Both the position numbers and the translations under genes were made by a program. From contig JASFYY010000018.1 in assembly GCA_045046875.1 (NCBI GenBank), positions 1-64,000 of the forward strand: a stretch of 64,000 nucleotides of DNA. The letters run 5' to 3'. Under the pieces are notes generated by a model. It saw only the letters and a program-made list of their open reading frames with translations. It was not told the DNA's origin and did not search any database. Origin of the DNA: Verrucomicrobiota bacterium (lineage in GTDB: Bacteria > Verrucomicrobiota > Verrucomicrobiia > Verrucomicrobiales > DEV007). Shown here piece by piece: positions 1 to 10,225 of the stretch (positions are counted from its first letter, which is position 1; each line of letters opens with the position of its first letter).

Positions 1-318
1 GTGGATCGGCGTAAGGGGGGATTTACGCGGGAGGAGATTGATGAGGTGTTGCAGGCGGGCGGGAAATTGCCTTTGGCGGCGGCTTTGCGCTGCCGAGTGA
101 GATATTTTACTGATGGGGCGGTGTTGGGGAGTCAGGGATTTGTGGATGAGTTTTTTGCGGGGCGACGGGAGTGTTTTGGAGAGCGCCGTAAGGATGGGGG
201 GAGGAAAATGCGCGGGGCGCAATGGGGGCAACTGCGGGTGTTGCGGGACTTGGGGACGGGGCTTGAGCGAGCTTGTCGAGACCCTAAATCAGCTTCAATA
301 GCAAGCTTCAGCGCATGA
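1..318 (+). mobile_element. C-terminal part of a REP-associated tyrosine transposase (RAYT/TnpA-REP-like), truncated by the window edge
   Basis: LRCRVRYFTDGAVLGSQGFVDEFF...RKDGGRKMRG...LRVLRDL resembles the C-terminal tail of PVC RAYT-type transposases; the catalytic HUH/Tyr region is outside the window; overlaps the rsmE 3' end by 11 nt. Confidence 0.65.
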
Positions 319-1081
319 GCTCGTGTGCGAGCACACTGAGGGCGTAGATGGCAGCGGTTTCGCTGCGCAGGACGATGGGGCCGAGAGATAGGGGGCGGAA
401 ACCGGCGGTCACGGCGGTGGAGAGTTCGGCGGGGGTGAAGTCTCCCTCGGGGCCGATCAGGATGGTGGCAGACTGGGGAGAGGTTTCGGATTCGCTTGCC
501 TCTACTGAGAGGATGTTTTTCAAGGATTGGGCGTCGGGGTGTAGGGCGGCGATGAGTCGCAGTTCGTCGGCTTGGGGAGGGGTTTTACCCTGTGTGGAAA
601 GGAAACTTTCTACGGATTGGATCGCTGCGATTTGTGGCAGCCAGTTTTGACCACATTGTTTGCAGGCTTCGAGCGCGACTTTTTGCCACTTGGCGCGTTT
701 TTTTTCGGCTTCGGCGGCATCGAGTTTGACCACCGTCCGTTCTGATAACAAGGGAATAACTTGCGAGGCTCCCAGTTCGGTCGCTTTCTGGACGATGAGA
801 TCCATGTTTTTGCCCTTGGGAATGGCTTGTCCCAGAGTGAGGTGCGCTGGTGGGCGAGGGGTTTTGTTGAGTGCGATCAGCTTGAGTGTTATGTGGCGTC
901 CGCCTGATTCGAGGGAGGCGATTTCGGTGATAGCCTCGGTGCCCTGGCCATTGAACACGGTGATACGCTCGCCGACTTTACAACGCAAAACTTCAGAGCA
1001 GTGTTTGGCTTCACCTTCACAGAGTGCCAGCGATTCAGGGTTCCAGATCTCGGCGGGAATGTAGAATCGGTGTTGGGACAT
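308..1081 (-). CDS. rsmE: 16S rRNA m3U1498 methyltransferase
   Basis: HCSEVLR, KGKNMDLIVQKATELG, EACKQCG, IGPEGDFT, LGPIVLRSETA; downstream of dnaJ as usual. Confidence 0.96.
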   Translation of the reverse strand: MSQHRFYIPAEIWNPESLALCEGEAKHCSEVLRCKVGERITVFNGQGTEAITEIASLESGGRHITLKLIALNKTPRPPAHLTLGQAIPKGKNMDLIVQKATELGASQVIPLLSERTVVKLDAAEAEKKRAKWQKVALEACKQCGQNWLPQIAAIQSVESFLSTQGKTPPQADELRLIAALHPDAQSLKNILSVEASESETSPQSATILIGPEGDFTPAELSTAVTAGFRPLSLGPIVLRSETAAIYALSVLAHELMR

Positions 1082-1099
1082 TTGATGAAGGATGATTGT

Positions 1100-2275
1100 T
1101 TATTTGAAAAACTTTTTAGCTTTTTCGAAGAAGGTCTCATGGATGGGAGAATTTTCCTCTCCGATGCTTTCCGCGAAGTCCTGCAGTTTGTCTTTTTGCT
1201 CTTTATTCAATCGAGTGGGGACTTCGATCTGGGTATTGACCAAAAGGTCGCCTTTGTTGTTGGATCCGAGTATAGGCATGCCCTTGGCACGCAGCCTGAA
1301 AACGGTGCCGGTTTGTGTGCCTGCAGGAATTTTTATCGAAGCTTTCCCTTCCAAAGTGGGCACCACCAGTTCACCGCCGAGTGTGGCGTGGGCAAATGAG
1401 ATGGGCATTTCACAATAGAGATCGTCTTCTTCGCGTTCGAAGATTTCATGTTCGCGCAAATGAATAACCACATAGAGGTCGCCGGAGGGGCCTTTGCAGA
1501 TGCCTGCCTCACCATTGCCTGATGAGCGTAGGCGGGAGGACTGACTGATCCCTGCTGGAATTTTGAGTTTGATGCGGCTGGTTTTTTTGACCCGTCCTTC
1601 GCCGTTACAGGAGTTACAGGGATCGGCGATGGTTTCACCAGCGCCGTTACAAGAAGGGCAAGGTTGTTGGACTTGGAAAAATCCACGGGAAGCGACGACC
1701 TGGCCAACTCCTCCGCAAGTTCCACAGGAGCGCACTTCACCACTCTTGGTCGAACCCGAGCCTTCGCAGCGATCACAGCGCCCCATTTTTTCGAGGTCGA
1801 GTTCTTTTTCAATACCAAATGCAGCTTCTTCGAGGCTGATTTGCAAATCGTAACGCAAATCGGCGCCGGCACGCTTGAGGCCTTGTTTCTGGCGCCGACG
1901 TCCGCCACCGGCATTGCCAAAAATTTCATCAAAGATACTGCCTCCACCACCGCCTTGTGATCCAAACGCATCACGAAAAATGTCGAAAGGGTCGTGGAAA
2001 CCGCCAGCGCCACCGCCGCGACCAGCCGTAGGGCCACCGCCGCCGAAAGCGCCGTGTCCGTAGCGATCATAAGCGGCCCGCTTTTGTTCGTCACTGAGGA
2101 CTTCATAAGCCTCGCCGATTTCCTTGAATTTATCTTCGGCGGTGTCGTCGTCGGGGTTTTTGTCAGGGTGGAATTTCACCGCGAGTTTGCGGTAGGATTT
2201 TTTGATCCCGTCTTTGGTTTCTTCCCGGCTGACGCTGAGAACTTCGTAATAACATCGTTTGGCCATAGTTGCCAT
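1100..2275 (-). CDS. dnaJ: Chaperone DnaJ
   Basis: J domain with HPD, G/F-rich region, four CxxCxGxG repeats, C-terminal domain; start may be the second Met (2266). Confidence 0.98.
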   Translation of the reverse strand: MATMAKRCYYEVLSVSREETKDGIKKSYRKLAVKFHPDKNPDDDTAEDKFKEIGEAYEVLSDEQKRAAYDRYGHGAFGGGGPTAGRGGGAGGFHDPFDIFRDAFGSQGGGGGSIFDEIFGNAGGGRRRQKQGLKRAGADLRYDLQISLEEAAFGIEKELDLEKMGRCDRCEGSGSTKSGEVRSCGTCGGVGQVVASRGFFQVQQPCPSCNGAGETIADPCNSCNGEGRVKKTSRIKLKIPAGISQSSRLRSSGNGEAGICKGPSGDLYVVIHLREHEIFEREEDDLYCEMPISFAHATLGGELVVPTLEGKASIKIPAGTQTGTVFRLRAKGMPILGSNNKGDLLVNTQIEVPTRLNKEQKDKLQDFAESIGEENSPIHETFFEKAKKFFK

Positions 2276-2296
2276 GGTTAGGAATTAAGTAAAAAA

Positions 2297-2875
2297 TTAT
2301 TCTCCCGCGGACTCGGGACCTTTTGATACTACTACGTTAGAGGCGCGCAACAGACGATCCTTACATTTGTAGCCGTGGCGGGTGGTTTGGATCACATCGC
2401 CTTCAGGCACTTCGTCGCTGTGACGCTGCTCGAGGGCTTCGTGTAGATTAGGATCGAATTTTTTGAGGGTGGCTTCGATGCGTTCGACTCCATGGTCGGT
2501 GAGAAAATTTTGCATCTGTTGGTGAACCATGTTCATGCCCTGGTAAATGACTGATTCTGCAGAGACGTCCTTGGCTGCCATCAGTCCCATTTCAAAGTTG
2601 TCAATAATGGGCAATAACTCTTCCAGCAGACCGAGGTTGCTGTATTGGATCGCGTCCATTTTGTCACGCGCCATGCGTTTACGGAAATTTTCCAGTTCAG
2701 CTTGGTTGCGGTGTGCCAGATTGCGCCATTTTTCGACTTCGTTTTCAGGAGTCCCTGAGGCTTGATTATCTTCAGCCTCCGCTTGCGTAGCTTCGTGGTC
2801 CTGGGATATTTCGTCGATGTTCAGTTCTTCGACATTATCTTCAGGAGTGGTTTCTTGTTTAGGATCGTTTGTCAT
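2297..2875 (-). CDS. grpE: Nucleotide exchange factor GrpE
   Basis: AELENFRKR, LLPIIDNFE, FDPNLHEA, GY..KDRLLRASNVVVSK. Confidence 0.97.
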   Translation of the reverse strand: MTNDPKQETTPEDNVEELNIDEISQDHEATQAEAEDNQASGTPENEVEKWRNLAHRNQAELENFRKRMARDKMDAIQYSNLGLLEELLPIIDNFEMGLMAAKDVSAESVIYQGMNMVHQQMQNFLTDHGVERIEATLKKFDPNLHEALEQRHSDEVPEGDVIQTTRHGYKCKDRLLRASNVVVSKGPESAGE

Positions 2876-2956
2876 GGCATCCGCTTGTAAGTGATTGCAT
2901 TGATTTGGCTGAATTTTTCCCGAGTCATCAGGTGTTCAGTCAAGGGACGGGACTAT

Positions 2957-4408
2957 TCAACGCTTTTCGACAGCAATCAAGGTGATGTCGTCGATTTGCT
3001 GGTCATGTCCGCTGAAGTCCTTTAACGCGGCAGAAATTTTTTCGATAACAACATCGGCGCCTTCGTGGTGAGAAGCCTTGAGCACATCCGAGAGCCTTTG
3101 CACCCCGAACTCCTCGCCTTCGGCGTCGAGCGTTTCCGTGACTCCATCAGTGTAGAGCAGGAGCACATCACCGGTTTTCATGGTGAAACGGTAGTCTTGA
3201 ACGATGCGGTCAAAAACATCACCCATGTCAATGCCTGCCGCCATGCCTGCGGGGATCAGGGTTTCGATGGAACCTTCTTGATCGTGGTGGCAGAGCAGCG
3301 GGGGGTCGTGTCCCGCCCGGGCCATCACGATATCGCCGCTGTCATCTTTGATGATGAGGTAGAGCAGGCTGATGAACATGTCCTCACGGATATCCGGGAA
3401 AATCACGCGGTTGAGTGCATGCAGCACATGAGCTGGAGAAAATTGTCCGCCCGCGCTGCTTCTAAGCACGCTACGGCACATGGCCATGATGAGCGACGCC
3501 GGGATGCCCTTGCCGCAGACGTCACCGATCACAACCCCCCAGTGGTGATCGTCTACCGGGATATAATCGTAGTAGTCGCCACTGACCATTTTGGCAGCTG
3601 TGAAGGTAGCTGCCAGATGATAGTTTTTGAGTCCGGGAGAGGAGCGGGGTAGCAGGATGCGTTGGATTTCACTGGCATTGCGCAATTCCTGTTCGAGTTG
3701 GTGTTTTTCGTGTGCTTCGGTGTGGATGAGGGCGCTGCCGAGGGCAAAGGAGCTCTGCTCGGCGATGGATGTGAAAACGTCGATGTCATTGGCGGTGAAG
3801 CCCGGTTCTTCAGGTTGCGCGGAGTGGTGTTTGGTGACGGCGAGCACGCCGATTTTTTTCTTCCCGTAAATCAGTGGTGCCGTCATGACTGCCAGATTCT
3901 CCTGAAAAGGATTACTGCTGCCCTCGAAAAGAGGGTGTTCAGTTAATGCCGGGGCAAAAAGAGGTTTTTCGTCCTGCAGTGTTTTGCCGAGCAGTCCGGA
4001 GTCCATTTTAGCAGTGGCCAAGCTCAAATAGCTTCGTAGGGAGTTGGCATTGTCGGTGGCTTTTTTGACCAGATCAGCGGACAGGGGGATGACGGGCGCT
4101 AATTGTTTGCTCAGGCAGACGGGAACCAATTTTTTGGCAGATGTATCGAGCAAGTAGAGCACGCCGGCGTCGGCTTTGACTACGCGGATGACTCCGTTGA
4201 CGATATAACGGTGCATGCTGGGGGGCGAGCTGTCTTCTTGTAACGCAGCTCCGAGGCCATGGAGAAAGTCAAACAAGCGATGCTCCTCGACTTCGATAGC
4301 CTCCTTCTCAACGCTCAGCTGGGCGATTTTTTTATTCAGCCGTCGATAGAGTAACACGACGACGGCCAAGAGGATGGCGATAAGTATGAGATAAATGGGA
4401 CTGTTCAT
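2957..4408 (-). CDS. Membrane-anchored GAF + PP2C (SpoIIE/RsbU-like) serine phosphatase
   Basis: N-terminal TM, GAF-like middle, VSGDYYD, GDVCGKG, AGHDP, LYTDGVTE, DDITL. Confidence 0.92.
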   Translation of the reverse strand: MNSPIYLILIAILLAVVVLLYRRLNKKIAQLSVEKEAIEVEEHRLFDFLHGLGAALQEDSSPPSMHRYIVNGVIRVVKADAGVLYLLDTSAKKLVPVCLSKQLAPVIPLSADLVKKATDNANSLRSYLSLATAKMDSGLLGKTLQDEKPLFAPALTEHPLFEGSSNPFQENLAVMTAPLIYGKKKIGVLAVTKHHSAQPEEPGFTANDIDVFTSIAEQSSFALGSALIHTEAHEKHQLEQELRNASEIQRILLPRSSPGLKNYHLAATFTAAKMVSGDYYDYIPVDDHHWGVVIGDVCGKGIPASLIMAMCRSVLRSSAGGQFSPAHVLHALNRVIFPDIREDMFISLLYLIIKDDSGDIVMARAGHDPPLLCHHDQEGSIETLIPAGMAAGIDMGDVFDRIVQDYRFTMKTGDVLLLYTDGVTETLDAEGEEFGVQRLSDVLKASHHEGADVVIEKISAALKDFSGHDQQIDDITLIAVEKR

Positions 4409-4465
4409 CAGCGGTCGAACCCGTGTGGCACTACTTGAGGGGTGGGGAAGCTAGTGGAGACCACG

Positions 4466-5008
4466 TTATGTGTTTTCATCACCATCGAGGTCGTCCTTCA
4501 AATACTCCAGCACATCTTTGAAGCGGGAAAAATTATCATTGTTAGCTTCAACCAGGGCTTCGTGGGCAGCCAGCACATTGGCGGTTTCCTCTCGTTTGCT
4601 CAGGTCGTCGTGTGGCGGCAGGGGCTTGCCTAGATTCAGGGCGACGAGTTCACGCTCGTCCTTCCATGCACTGCCGTCGTCGTCCATCTCCAGCAGGCAA
4701 TGAAGGCCGAGGCTGGTCATGGCGTCGCGGGTGCGTCCGGTGGCGTTGATGACATCCACACGTCCTTCGGGTTCGTAGCGCAGCTTGAGCGCCATGGAGG
4801 CGAGGGTGCCCATGAAAGTCGAGTCGACCGCAGGGCAGTTTTCTAGATCGATGACAAAATTACGATGGCCTTTGTCGAAGCTCTGGCGGGTGAATTCTTT
4901 CACCTTGCCGCTGTTTTGAAAGGAACCTTTTCCCTCCACGCGGATCCAGTCGACATTGTCGAAGCAACTGACGAGTATGTCTCCATCGTTACTATTCACC
5001 GGGGTCAT
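4466..5008 (-). CDS. STAS-domain anti-sigma factor antagonist
   Basis: VIDLENCPAVDSTFMGTL (DS phosphoacceptor motif); adjacent to PP2C phosphatase. Confidence 0.88.
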   Translation of the reverse strand: MTPVNSNDGDILVSCFDNVDWIRVEGKGSFQNSGKVKEFTRQSFDKGHRNFVIDLENCPAVDSTFMGTLASMALKLRYEPEGRVDVINATGRTRDAMTSLGLHCLLEMDDDGSAWKDERELVALNLGKPLPPHDDLSKREETANVLAAHEALVEANNDNFSRFKDVLEYLKDDLDGDENT

Positions 5009-5221
5009 TATTTTCGCAAAAATTAGGAGGGTGGGGGATTGTCATCTGCGGTAAAAAGCAGCCAGGCAGATGTTTGCTTGGTAGGATGCATCAGCAAAGC
5101 GGGCTTGTCGCTGTGAATAAACAATAACATGCTCGCGATTCGGTATGGACAAGCCAAAAGAATCACCGCCTAGAGCTCGAGGTGGTAGTTCGAGCTTGTT
5201 AGGTTTAGAGTTGTGCAAATT

Positions 5222-5707
5222 TTATTCCCAGAGGAAAGATTTATTCTCACCTGCGACTTCGCCGTTGATGATCAGCGAAACTTTCCAAGCAGTTACGGTT
5301 CCAAGTTTTGTGTATTCGTCTCCGATCACGGCAAATTTAGTCACATTGCGGCGACGCACTTTGTCCACGGCAACTTCAAAGGAGTATTCTTTGGGACCGG
5401 TTGCCTGGTGGCGGTAGTCCAGTCGCAGTTTGACATCCGCATCGCGGTCATCCGTTCTCCAAAATACGCTGTAGTAGTGACCTACTTTTTCCAGTAGTTG
5501 CGGGTTGTCTACTGCGCCATGGCGGTAATAGCGTTCCTCAAAGCTGATCATCCGGTCGTAAGTCCGAACCCGAACGGTCGGATCGAGGTGATAATATTTG
5601 ACCTTGGTGACAGCGGATGCGCTGCGGTCCGAGGTGGCGCAGGAGGTGCTGCCGAGTAGCATTAAAGCAGCAGCCAGAAGGGTGAAGGTTCCCGAAAGTA
5701 GTTTCAT
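5222..5707 (-). CDS. Hypothetical lipoprotein
   Basis: Signal peptide with lipobox-like STSC; 161 aa clean ORF. Confidence 0.75.
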   Translation of the reverse strand: MKLLSGTFTLLAAALMLLGSTSCATSDRSASAVTKVKYYHLDPTVRVRTYDRMISFEERYYRHGAVDNPQLLEKVGHYYSVFWRTDDRDADVKLRLDYRHQATGPKEYSFEVAVDKVRRRNVTKFAVIGDEYTKLGTVTAWKVSLIINGEVAGENKSFLWE

Positions 5708-5825
5708 AGTGATTGGTATCGTATCCTAAAAGCCTCTATCACCCCTTATGTCAAAATGAAATTTTCGGGCGAGTGGCTGTATTATAGGGAATTTTTTGGA
5801 AAATGGAAGTCAAAAGGAGCAAGCT

Positions 5826-7049
5826 TTATTTGGCTTTTTTAGTTTCACCGGCAGCTTGGGATTTGACCGGAGGGGTGTAAAAGCGCCCCAGATGTTTGAG
5901 TATTTCTGTTTTTAATTCGATTGGATCAATTTCGCCGGCTTGGCGGAAGATGATTTTACCGCCGGGTGCGACTAGGATGGAATAGGGTAGCGGCCCCTCC
6001 CATTGCGGGTCGAGAGCTTCCGCCAGAGCATCGGTGTCGTCTCCGGTGAAGATATAATTGTTGGTTTTGCGTCCTTCTTTGATCACGGATTTCTCGGTCA
6101 ATCGTGGCAGGGCGGCGTGCTCCTGTTGCAGAAAGTCCAGCGCTTGTTTTTTCATTTCCCCGGCATCCATGCTGATCGAGATGAAGTCAAAACCGCGGGT
6201 TTCAAATTGGCGTCCGATTTTCACCAGTTCGGGAAATTCTGCAATGCACGGGGGGCACCAAGTGGCCCAGAGATTGATCAGGCGCAGTTTATCACTTGAG
6301 TTGGAGGCGAGTTTTTTTATCCCGGCGGCGTCGATGTCTTCGAGTGTGACCGGTTTTTTCTCAAACTCCTCGTTGTATTGGAGAACCAGATCCTGTTTGT
6401 GGGCCCATTTGGTGGAACAGCCGTGGGCGCGGGTTTTACTGACGTCCGGAGCCTTGCCGGCCAGCAGGGCGTCGATGGCATTACGTGCGTCGTGGGATTT
6501 CACCAGTGAGGGATCGCCATAGCGGGAGTCGTCGATGCGACCGACGTATTGCAGTTTGCGGGCTTTGTCGAAAATGAAAATATGTGGAGTGGCTTGAGCA
6601 CCGTAAGCACGGGCTGTGTTTTGGGTTTTGCCATCAAAGAGGTAAGGGAAGTTAAATTTCTGTTCGGCGGCGTGTTTTTTCATTTCGTCCAAGGTGTCGC
6701 CGTAAACCGAGTAACCGAGTTCGTTGAGCCGCAACGACTCTGCGTGATTGGGTGAAATAGCGACCAGTTGGAAACTTTGCTCCTGGTAATCAGTGATCAT
6801 TTTTTTGACCCGGCTTTCGACCGCTTGGGCGGATGGGCAATGGTTGCAGGTGAACAATATGGCTAGGATATCACTGTTGGCATAATCGGCGAGCGAGTGG
6901 TCTTTGCCGTCGATGCCGGGCAGGGTGAAATCGGGGGCGCTGGTGCCTACCTCAAGAGTGGTAATTTTCGGCGCGGCGTGCGCGGATAGGATCGAAACGA
7001 AGAATAGGACGCAGAGACTCAGTGCGTGATGGGTGTATTTGTTTTGCAT
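5826..7049 (-). CDS. Exported redoxin with two thioredoxin-like domains (AhpC/TSA + TlpA-like)
   Basis: Signal peptide from MQNKY (7049); APDFTLPG, FTCNHCP, second domain NLWATWCPPC. Confidence 0.88.
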   Translation of the reverse strand: MQNKYTHHALSLCVLFFVSILSAHAAPKITTLEVGTSAPDFTLPGIDGKDHSLADYANSDILAILFTCNHCPSAQAVESRVKKMITDYQEQSFQLVAISPNHAESLRLNELGYSVYGDTLDEMKKHAAEQKFNFPYLFDGKTQNTARAYGAQATPHIFIFDKARKLQYVGRIDDSRYGDPSLVKSHDARNAIDALLAGKAPDVSKTRAHGCSTKWAHKQDLVLQYNEEFEKKPVTLEDIDAAGIKKLASNSSDKLRLINLWATWCPPCIAEFPELVKIGRQFETRGFDFISISMDAGEMKKQALDFLQQEHAALPRLTEKSVIKEGRKTNNYIFTGDDTDALAEALDPQWEGPLPYSILVAPGGKIIFRQAGEIDPIELKTEILKHLGRFYTPPVKSQAAGETKKAK

Positions 7050-7068
7050 GGTGTTTGGGGATGTTTTA

Positions 7069-7983
7069 TTAGGGCACCGATTGGCCTTTGGCTGCTTGCC
7101 ACAGAGCATACCAGTCCTGTCGGTCTAGTTGGATATTTGCTGCGAGGGCGGAAGATTGGATGCGTTTGCCTTGAGTGGTTCCGAGAATCACACGCGGTTG
7201 AGATGGGTGTGCCAGGATCCAGGCGAGAGCCAGAGTGGCGTCGTCAATGTCGTCGTATTTGTGACGCATGTCGTCAATGCACTTGCGAATGCGAAGCCCT
7301 GCTTCGTTATCCTGGTCAAACAGGCGTCCGCCACCGAGTGGGGACCAGGCCATCGGACGGATGTGTTGCCGCTCGCATTGGCTCAGTGATCCGTCATCCA
7401 GCGGGTCCATGTGCAGCAGGCTGAACTCAATCTGATTGGTGACGAGTTTTTGCGTCACCCGGTCATTGAGCAGGTCGAATTGATGCGGGTTGTAGTTGGA
7501 AACACCGGCATGAAGAATTTTACCGTCTTTGATCAGTTGGTCGAGGCCGCTGGCGGTGTCATCTGCCGAAGTGAACCAGTCAGGGCGATGCACTAATAGA
7601 ACGTCGAGATGGTCGATGTTCAGCAGGCGCAGGGATTTTTCTGTGCAGGTGATGAGGTTGTCGGCCGAGCTGTTGTAATGGGGCAATACGGCCGATTTTT
7701 TCACCTGGGACGGCACATCGATGCCGCACTTACTGATGATCTGGAATTGATCACGCAGTCCGGGTTGATCTTTGAAAGCCTTTCCGAGTGCGGCTTCCAC
7801 TGTGTAGAGGCCATAAATTTCCGCGGTGTCGATAGTGGTGATACCGAGTTCGAGACAGAGTTCGAGCAGCTTGATGACATCGTGTGTCGCCGGAGTTTCG
7901 TCATTATCCAGCAGGCGCCAGGTGCCGAAGACGATTTGTGAAACTTTGGGGCCGTTGGGCGAAAGAGCTTGGGATGTCACCAT
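7069..7983 (-). CDS. Aldo/keto reductase (YdhF/YcsN-like)
   Basis: GTWRL, DTAEIYG, SKCGI, LLVHRPD, GVSNY, AWSPLGGG. Confidence 0.93.
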   Translation of the reverse strand: MVTSQALSPNGPKVSQIVFGTWRLLDNDETPATHDVIKLLELCLELGITTIDTAEIYGLYTVEAALGKAFKDQPGLRDQFQIISKCGIDVPSQVKKSAVLPHYNSSADNLITCTEKSLRLLNIDHLDVLLVHRPDWFTSADDTASGLDQLIKDGKILHAGVSNYNPHQFDLLNDRVTQKLVTNQIEFSLLHMDPLDDGSLSQCERQHIRPMAWSPLGGGRLFDQDNEAGLRIRKCIDDMRHKYDDIDDATLALAWILAHPSQPRVILGTTQGKRIQSSALAANIQLDRQDWYALWQAAKGQSVP

Positions 7984-7995
7984 GATTTTGAAAAA

Positions 7996-9045
7996 TTATT
8001 CCCCTCTAATATCAGCCAGACTCTGGCGGATTTCCACTTCCATATCAGCGGCTTGTTTTTGAGCGTCTCTCAAGCTCGGGGTTTTGGCTTTGCCGGGCTT
8101 CATGTGCCCGATGTGTTCGATCCAGGCAACTGTAAGCAAGCGGTGGCGTTTCTGGACAGTGCTCCAGAGGTCAGTGGGATTTTGTTGCTGATCCTCCGTC
8201 GCGGCAAAACGGTGAATGCCGGTGAGTTGGTTGAGAGTTGTTTCGGCCAGTTTTCGATCAGCGCCCAGGCTATCTAAAATAGTCAGCGCCATCTCAAGGT
8301 GACCTTCAACCGGAGGATGGATGCCGTCGTTGAATTTGTAGTCGGGATTAGAAGCGCGGCGCTTGTTTATAAGTTGGATGAGAGCAGGGTGCAGATCTAC
8401 TACGGCGTCAACTTGGTTGGTTTGGGAGAGAATCCATTGACCATATTTTATCAGCACTTGATCGTAGTCTTGATAGGGCGCTTTGTAACTGTAGAGAAAA
8501 TCAACAGGGGCGTTTTTTGGAGCTACGTCATGGCCTTGGCGGAAGGTGAAGAGATCAAAAGGAGGCGGGGTCATTAACACAATTTTGCGTCCGGGTTTAC
8601 GCAGTTTTTTCAGTAAATTTTGGATACCGTGTTGGTAATCGATGAATCGTTTTTCCGCAAAGGGTTGGTAGATGCCGTCGTTCATGCCGTAGCAGATGAA
8701 TACCAGATCAGGGTCGGTGTTTTTTAGAATGCGATCGATGCGTTCGTGAACATTGGCACGTGGATAAGGGTGGTCGATTTCACTGTTGCCACTGGCGGTT
8801 TCGCCATTGAGGCCGAGGTCGATGATGTCCAGTTTTAGCTCGGAGTATTCGAACCACAACCAGGTTTGAATGAGGGCGGCGTAGAGGCCGGCTTGAGTGA
8901 TGCTGTCACCGAGGAAGAGGATTTGGTCACCGTTTTTTATCGGAACCTTGGGGAAAGGTTGCTCTGCCGCAGGGCTGAGGCTTTGAGTGCCAAAAAACAG
9001 CAAACAGGTAGTCAGTATATTAATTAGCGGGGCAAAGGGTTTCAT
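7996..9045 (-). CDS. Exported SGNH/GDSL hydrolase
   Basis: Signal peptide; FLGDSIT, YGMND, DGIHP blocks. Confidence 0.9.
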   Translation of the reverse strand: MKPFAPLINILTTCLLFFGTQSLSPAAEQPFPKVPIKNGDQILFLGDSITQAGLYAALIQTWLWFEYSELKLDIIDLGLNGETASGNSEIDHPYPRANVHERIDRILKNTDPDLVFICYGMNDGIYQPFAEKRFIDYQHGIQNLLKKLRKPGRKIVLMTPPPFDLFTFRQGHDVAPKNAPVDFLYSYKAPYQDYDQVLIKYGQWILSQTNQVDAVVDLHPALIQLINKRRASNPDYKFNDGIHPPVEGHLEMALTILDSLGADRKLAETTLNQLTGIHRFAATEDQQQNPTDLWSTVQKRHRLLTVAWIEHIGHMKPGKAKTPSLRDAQKQAADMEVEIRQSLADIRGE

Positions 9046-9069
9046 CCGAGTCGAAAAATGGAGGAGTGA

Positions 9070-10182
9070 TTAAGGGTGGGGAGTTTCCGGCAAGTAGTAA
9101 AAAACCACGGCAAAAATGGCGTAAACGGAAAGCAATAACACTCCTTCGAGCCAATTGGAGCGTCCGTCACTGGAGATTTGACTGGTGATCGCAACGGCCA
9201 CCACCACGGCGATGACTTCGGGCAGGGTGAAAACCAGATCCATCGGTGTGGGTGCGATAAAAAAACTGAGGATGACCAGGACTGGTGCGATGAACAAGGC
9301 GACCTGGATGCTGCTACCGACGGCAATGCCGACACTGAGATTCATGCGGTTTTTCAAGGCCATTAATACGGCGGTGCTGTGTTCGGCTGCGTTACCGATC
9401 ACGGCCACGATGATGACTCCGACAAAAATGGCGTTCATGCCGAAGGCTTCGGCAGCGTGTTCCACGGTGCCGACGAGAATTTCACTGATCCAGGCAACAA
9501 ATGCGGTGGCGATCACCAGCACTCCGATGGCGATGCCGAGCGGCCAGGTAGCTGTAGTCGGGTGATCGGTGCTGCCTTCGACACTGTCGTCGACGCTGTG
9601 CCCATGGCCACTGAACAAGTGACGGTGGGTTTTTAGTGAGAACCACAATCCCAAAGCATAGGTCACTAGCAAAATAATGGAGATGGCCAGACCAACGTGG
9701 GATTCCTGTAACTGGCTGCTGGCACCGACCGAGTGATGGAAAGCGGCGGGAGCCACCAGTCCGACCGCAGCCAGAGTGAGCAAAGTGGACTGCATGCGAG
9801 CTCCGGTGGCATTGAATTTTTGTTCGGAATGTTTGAATCCACCAGCGAGCATCGAGGCTCCGAGAACCAGCAGGATGTTGCCGATGATCGAACCGGTGAG
9901 CGAGGCTTTGACGATGTCCGTCATGCCTTTGGACAAAGCGACCACGGCGATGATCAGCTCGGCAGCATTGCCGAAGGTGGCGTTGAGCAGTCCGCCGATG
10001 CCGTCGCCGGTTCTTTCGGCGAGGTGTTCGGTAGCTTTGCCCATCCAGCCGGCGAGTGGGATAATGGCTAAGCAGGAGGCGATGAAAGTGAAAGTAGCAG
10101 CGTCTGCAAAAAAGAATTTTGAGATGATGGCGGCGGGTACAAATACGAGCAACCAGTTGAGCGATGGGATGAATATTTTCAA
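9070..10182 (-). CDS. cax: Calcium/proton exchanger (CaCA family, CAX)
   Basis: Two alpha repeats NATFGNAAELII and GNAAEH; about 11 TM segments; TTG start. Confidence 0.93.
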   Translation of the reverse strand: MKIFIPSLNWLLVFVPAAIISKFFFADAATFTFIASCLAIIPLAGWMGKATEHLAERTGDGIGGLLNATFGNAAELIIAVVALSKGMTDIVKASLTGSIIGNILLVLGASMLAGGFKHSEQKFNATGARMQSTLLTLAAVGLVAPAAFHHSVGASSQLQESHVGLAISIILLVTYALGLWFSLKTHRHLFSGHGHSVDDSVEGSTDHPTTATWPLGIAIGVLVIATAFVAWISEILVGTVEHAAEAFGMNAIFVGVIIVAVIGNAAEHSTAVLMALKNRMNLSVGIAVGSSIQVALFIAPVLVILSFFIAPTPMDLVFTLPEVIAVVVAVAITSQISSDGRSNWLEGVLLLSVYAIFAVVFYYLPETPHP

Positions 10183-10225
10183 GGGAGAGTCCGGAGTTTG
10201 GTTTGAAGGGTTTGCGGCAGCCGAG

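Noticed and set aside
2876..2956. CIRCE element upstream of grpE
   Set aside because: No TTAGCACTC-N9-GAGTGCTAA match
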